This document shows, one piece after another, positions 23,092-24,000 of a stretch of DNA of 24,000 nucleotides. The position numbers were made by a program, and so were the translations under genes. The stretch is from Puniceicoccaceae bacterium (GTDB lineage Bacteria > Verrucomicrobiota > Verrucomicrobiia > Opitutales > Puniceicoccaceae), in NCBI GenBank assembly GCA_036822055.1, contig DAISIK010000001.1:66989-90988 (forward strand), read 5' to 3'. How positions within the stretch are numbered: the stretch's first letter is position 1; the number at the start of each line of letters is the position of its first letter. A model generated the notes under the pieces. The model was given only the letters and a program-made list of their open reading frames with translations, searched no databases and had not been told where the DNA came from.

Positions 23092-24000
23092 ATGAGTTTT
23101 CTCTCCCCATGGGCTTTCATCGGCCTCACCGCTCTGAGCCTTCCCATCCTCGCTCATCTCATCCATCGCCTTCGTCAAAAAAAAGTTCCCTGGGCCGCCA
23201 TGCGGTTTATTGAGGAGGCCCTTCGCCAGTCCCGGAGCAAAAAGCGGATTAACGATCTTCTCCTTCTCCTCCTGCGTTGCCTCGCTTTGCTCTTTCTCGT
23301 CCTCGCTTTTGCCCGTCCCTTCATTGGCGAGCAGGCGGCCCTGGCCACCGAGGAGGAAGCCGTCATCCTCGTCCTTGATCTTTCCGCCAGCATGGGTGCC
23401 ATTGAAGCGGGCGTCGACCGCCTCACTCCCGCCCGGCAGACTGCCCTCGAACTTTTGGACGAACTCCCCTCCCGCACCCCCGTCGGTCTCCTCTTCGCCA
23501 CCGATCGGATCGAAGCCATCGCCGCCTCGCCCACCCTCGAACGAGGCCGCCTTCGCCAGGCCATTCAAGCCGCTGCCCCTCGCCCACGGGGCACCAACTT
23601 GCCTCTCGCCCTCGAAACTGCCGCTCAATCCCTGCTTTCCTTCACTTCCGGGCGTGTGATCCTCGTTTCGGACCTCCAAGCCAGTGCTTTCGAGCAGCCC
23701 CCCAGCCTTTCCGACCTCAAAACAACCTATCCAAAGATCAGCTTCGACTTCCGTCCTATCGGTGCCACCACCCAGCTCGAAAATCTGGCTGTCACCGATT
23801 TGTACCTCGCCGGATTCGGCAATGCCACACGGGGGAAAAATCAGTTCATCGTCGAAGTCACCAACTTTGGAAGCGCCCCTGCCCTCTCTGTCCCGGTGCG
23901 CCTCGCCCCCAACGGCGGTCCCGCTGAAGCTCAAACCATTATCCCTGAAATCGCACCCGGAGATACCGCTCAGGTCGCTCTCGAGATTTTCCTCGATCAA
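23092..24000 (+). CDS. BatA-like protein: N-terminal double-transmembrane (aerotolerance regulator N-terminal) domain plus VWA domain, 3'-truncated by the window edge
   Basis: This ORF is absent from the track because it has no stop in the window. The ATG at 23092 opens frame 1 through to 24000 (303 codons). It reads MSFLSPWAFIGLTALSLPILAHLIHRLRQKKVPWAAMRFI, has a second TM segment LLLLLLRCLALLFLVLAF, and a VWA MIDAS motif VLDLSASMG. Confidence 0.8.
   Translation, partial: MSFLSPWAFIGLTALSLPILAHLIHRLRQKKVPWAAMRFIEEALRQSRSKKRINDLLLLLLRCLALLFLVLAFARPFIGEQAALATEEEAVILVLDLSASMGAIEAGVDRLTPARQTALELLDELPSRTPVGLLFATDRIEAIAASPTLERGRLRQAIQAAAPRPRGTNLPLALETAAQSLLSFTSGRVILVSDLQASAFEQPPSLSDLKTTYPKISFDFRPIGATTQLENLAVTDLYLAGFGNATRGKNQFIVEVTNFGSAPALSVPVRLAPNGGPAEAQTIIPEIAPGDTAQVALEIFLDQ

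Noticed and set aside
22918-24000. 360-aa ORF on the minus strand, the longest unexplained ORF in the track.
   Set aside because: It is antisense to the well-supported DUF58 end and BatA/VWA reading frame. Its translation is low-complexity and Gly/Arg/Glu-rich with no motifs. This is a typical shadow ORF of GC-rich coding sequence.
1-24000. Search for tRNA or rRNA genes, CRISPR repeats, IS or transposase genes, integrases, and long direct or inverted repeats.
   Set aside because: I recognised none by eye. Intergenic space is minimal, with the largest gaps at 167, 135 and 106 nt, and none shows repeat periodicity or cloverleaf-like structure. A computational repeat, tRNAscan or Rfam scan would be more reliable.

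Overview
This is a gene-dense, GC-rich bacterial chromosomal window, roughly 95% coding, with 19 of 22 genes on the + strand. The long-form PurF, the BatA-type N-terminal double-TM protein and the weak Shine-Dalgarno usage hint at a PVC/Verrucomicrobia-like host. That is inference only. Gene order runs: tig (5'-truncated), clpP, clpX, a small helix-hairpin-helix ORF, then a contiguous purine block purL-purM-purQ-purC-purF. In that block PurQ carries a C-terminal extension that reads as two PurS-like modules. obg and a lipoprotein gene follow on the - strand. Next comes an accessory-looking segment (about 12.1-18.5 kb): an MTAP/PNP-like protein, an ADA2/ADGF-like adenosine deaminase, a convergent DUF62 SAM hydrolase, and a divergent ABC ATPase with an FtsX-like permease. 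The window ends with pdxJ-acpS, a Cys/Met-metabolism PLP enzyme, and MoxR-DUF58-BatA/VWA, the last truncated at the 3' edge. I recognised no rRNA, tRNA, CRISPR array, IS element or long repeat. The best candidate for something undescribed is the trio at 13.0-16.5 kb. All three enzymes act on adenosyl nucleosides (SAM to adenosine to inosine to base), and each appears to encode an export signal (Sec, Tat, Sec). That suggests an extracytoplasmic SAM/MTA/adenosine processing module. The phosphorylase-like member also has substituted active-site motifs. The second candidate is the PurQ-PurS-PurS fusion. All family assignments come from reading motifs by eye and comparing with reference sequences from memory. 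No searches were run.
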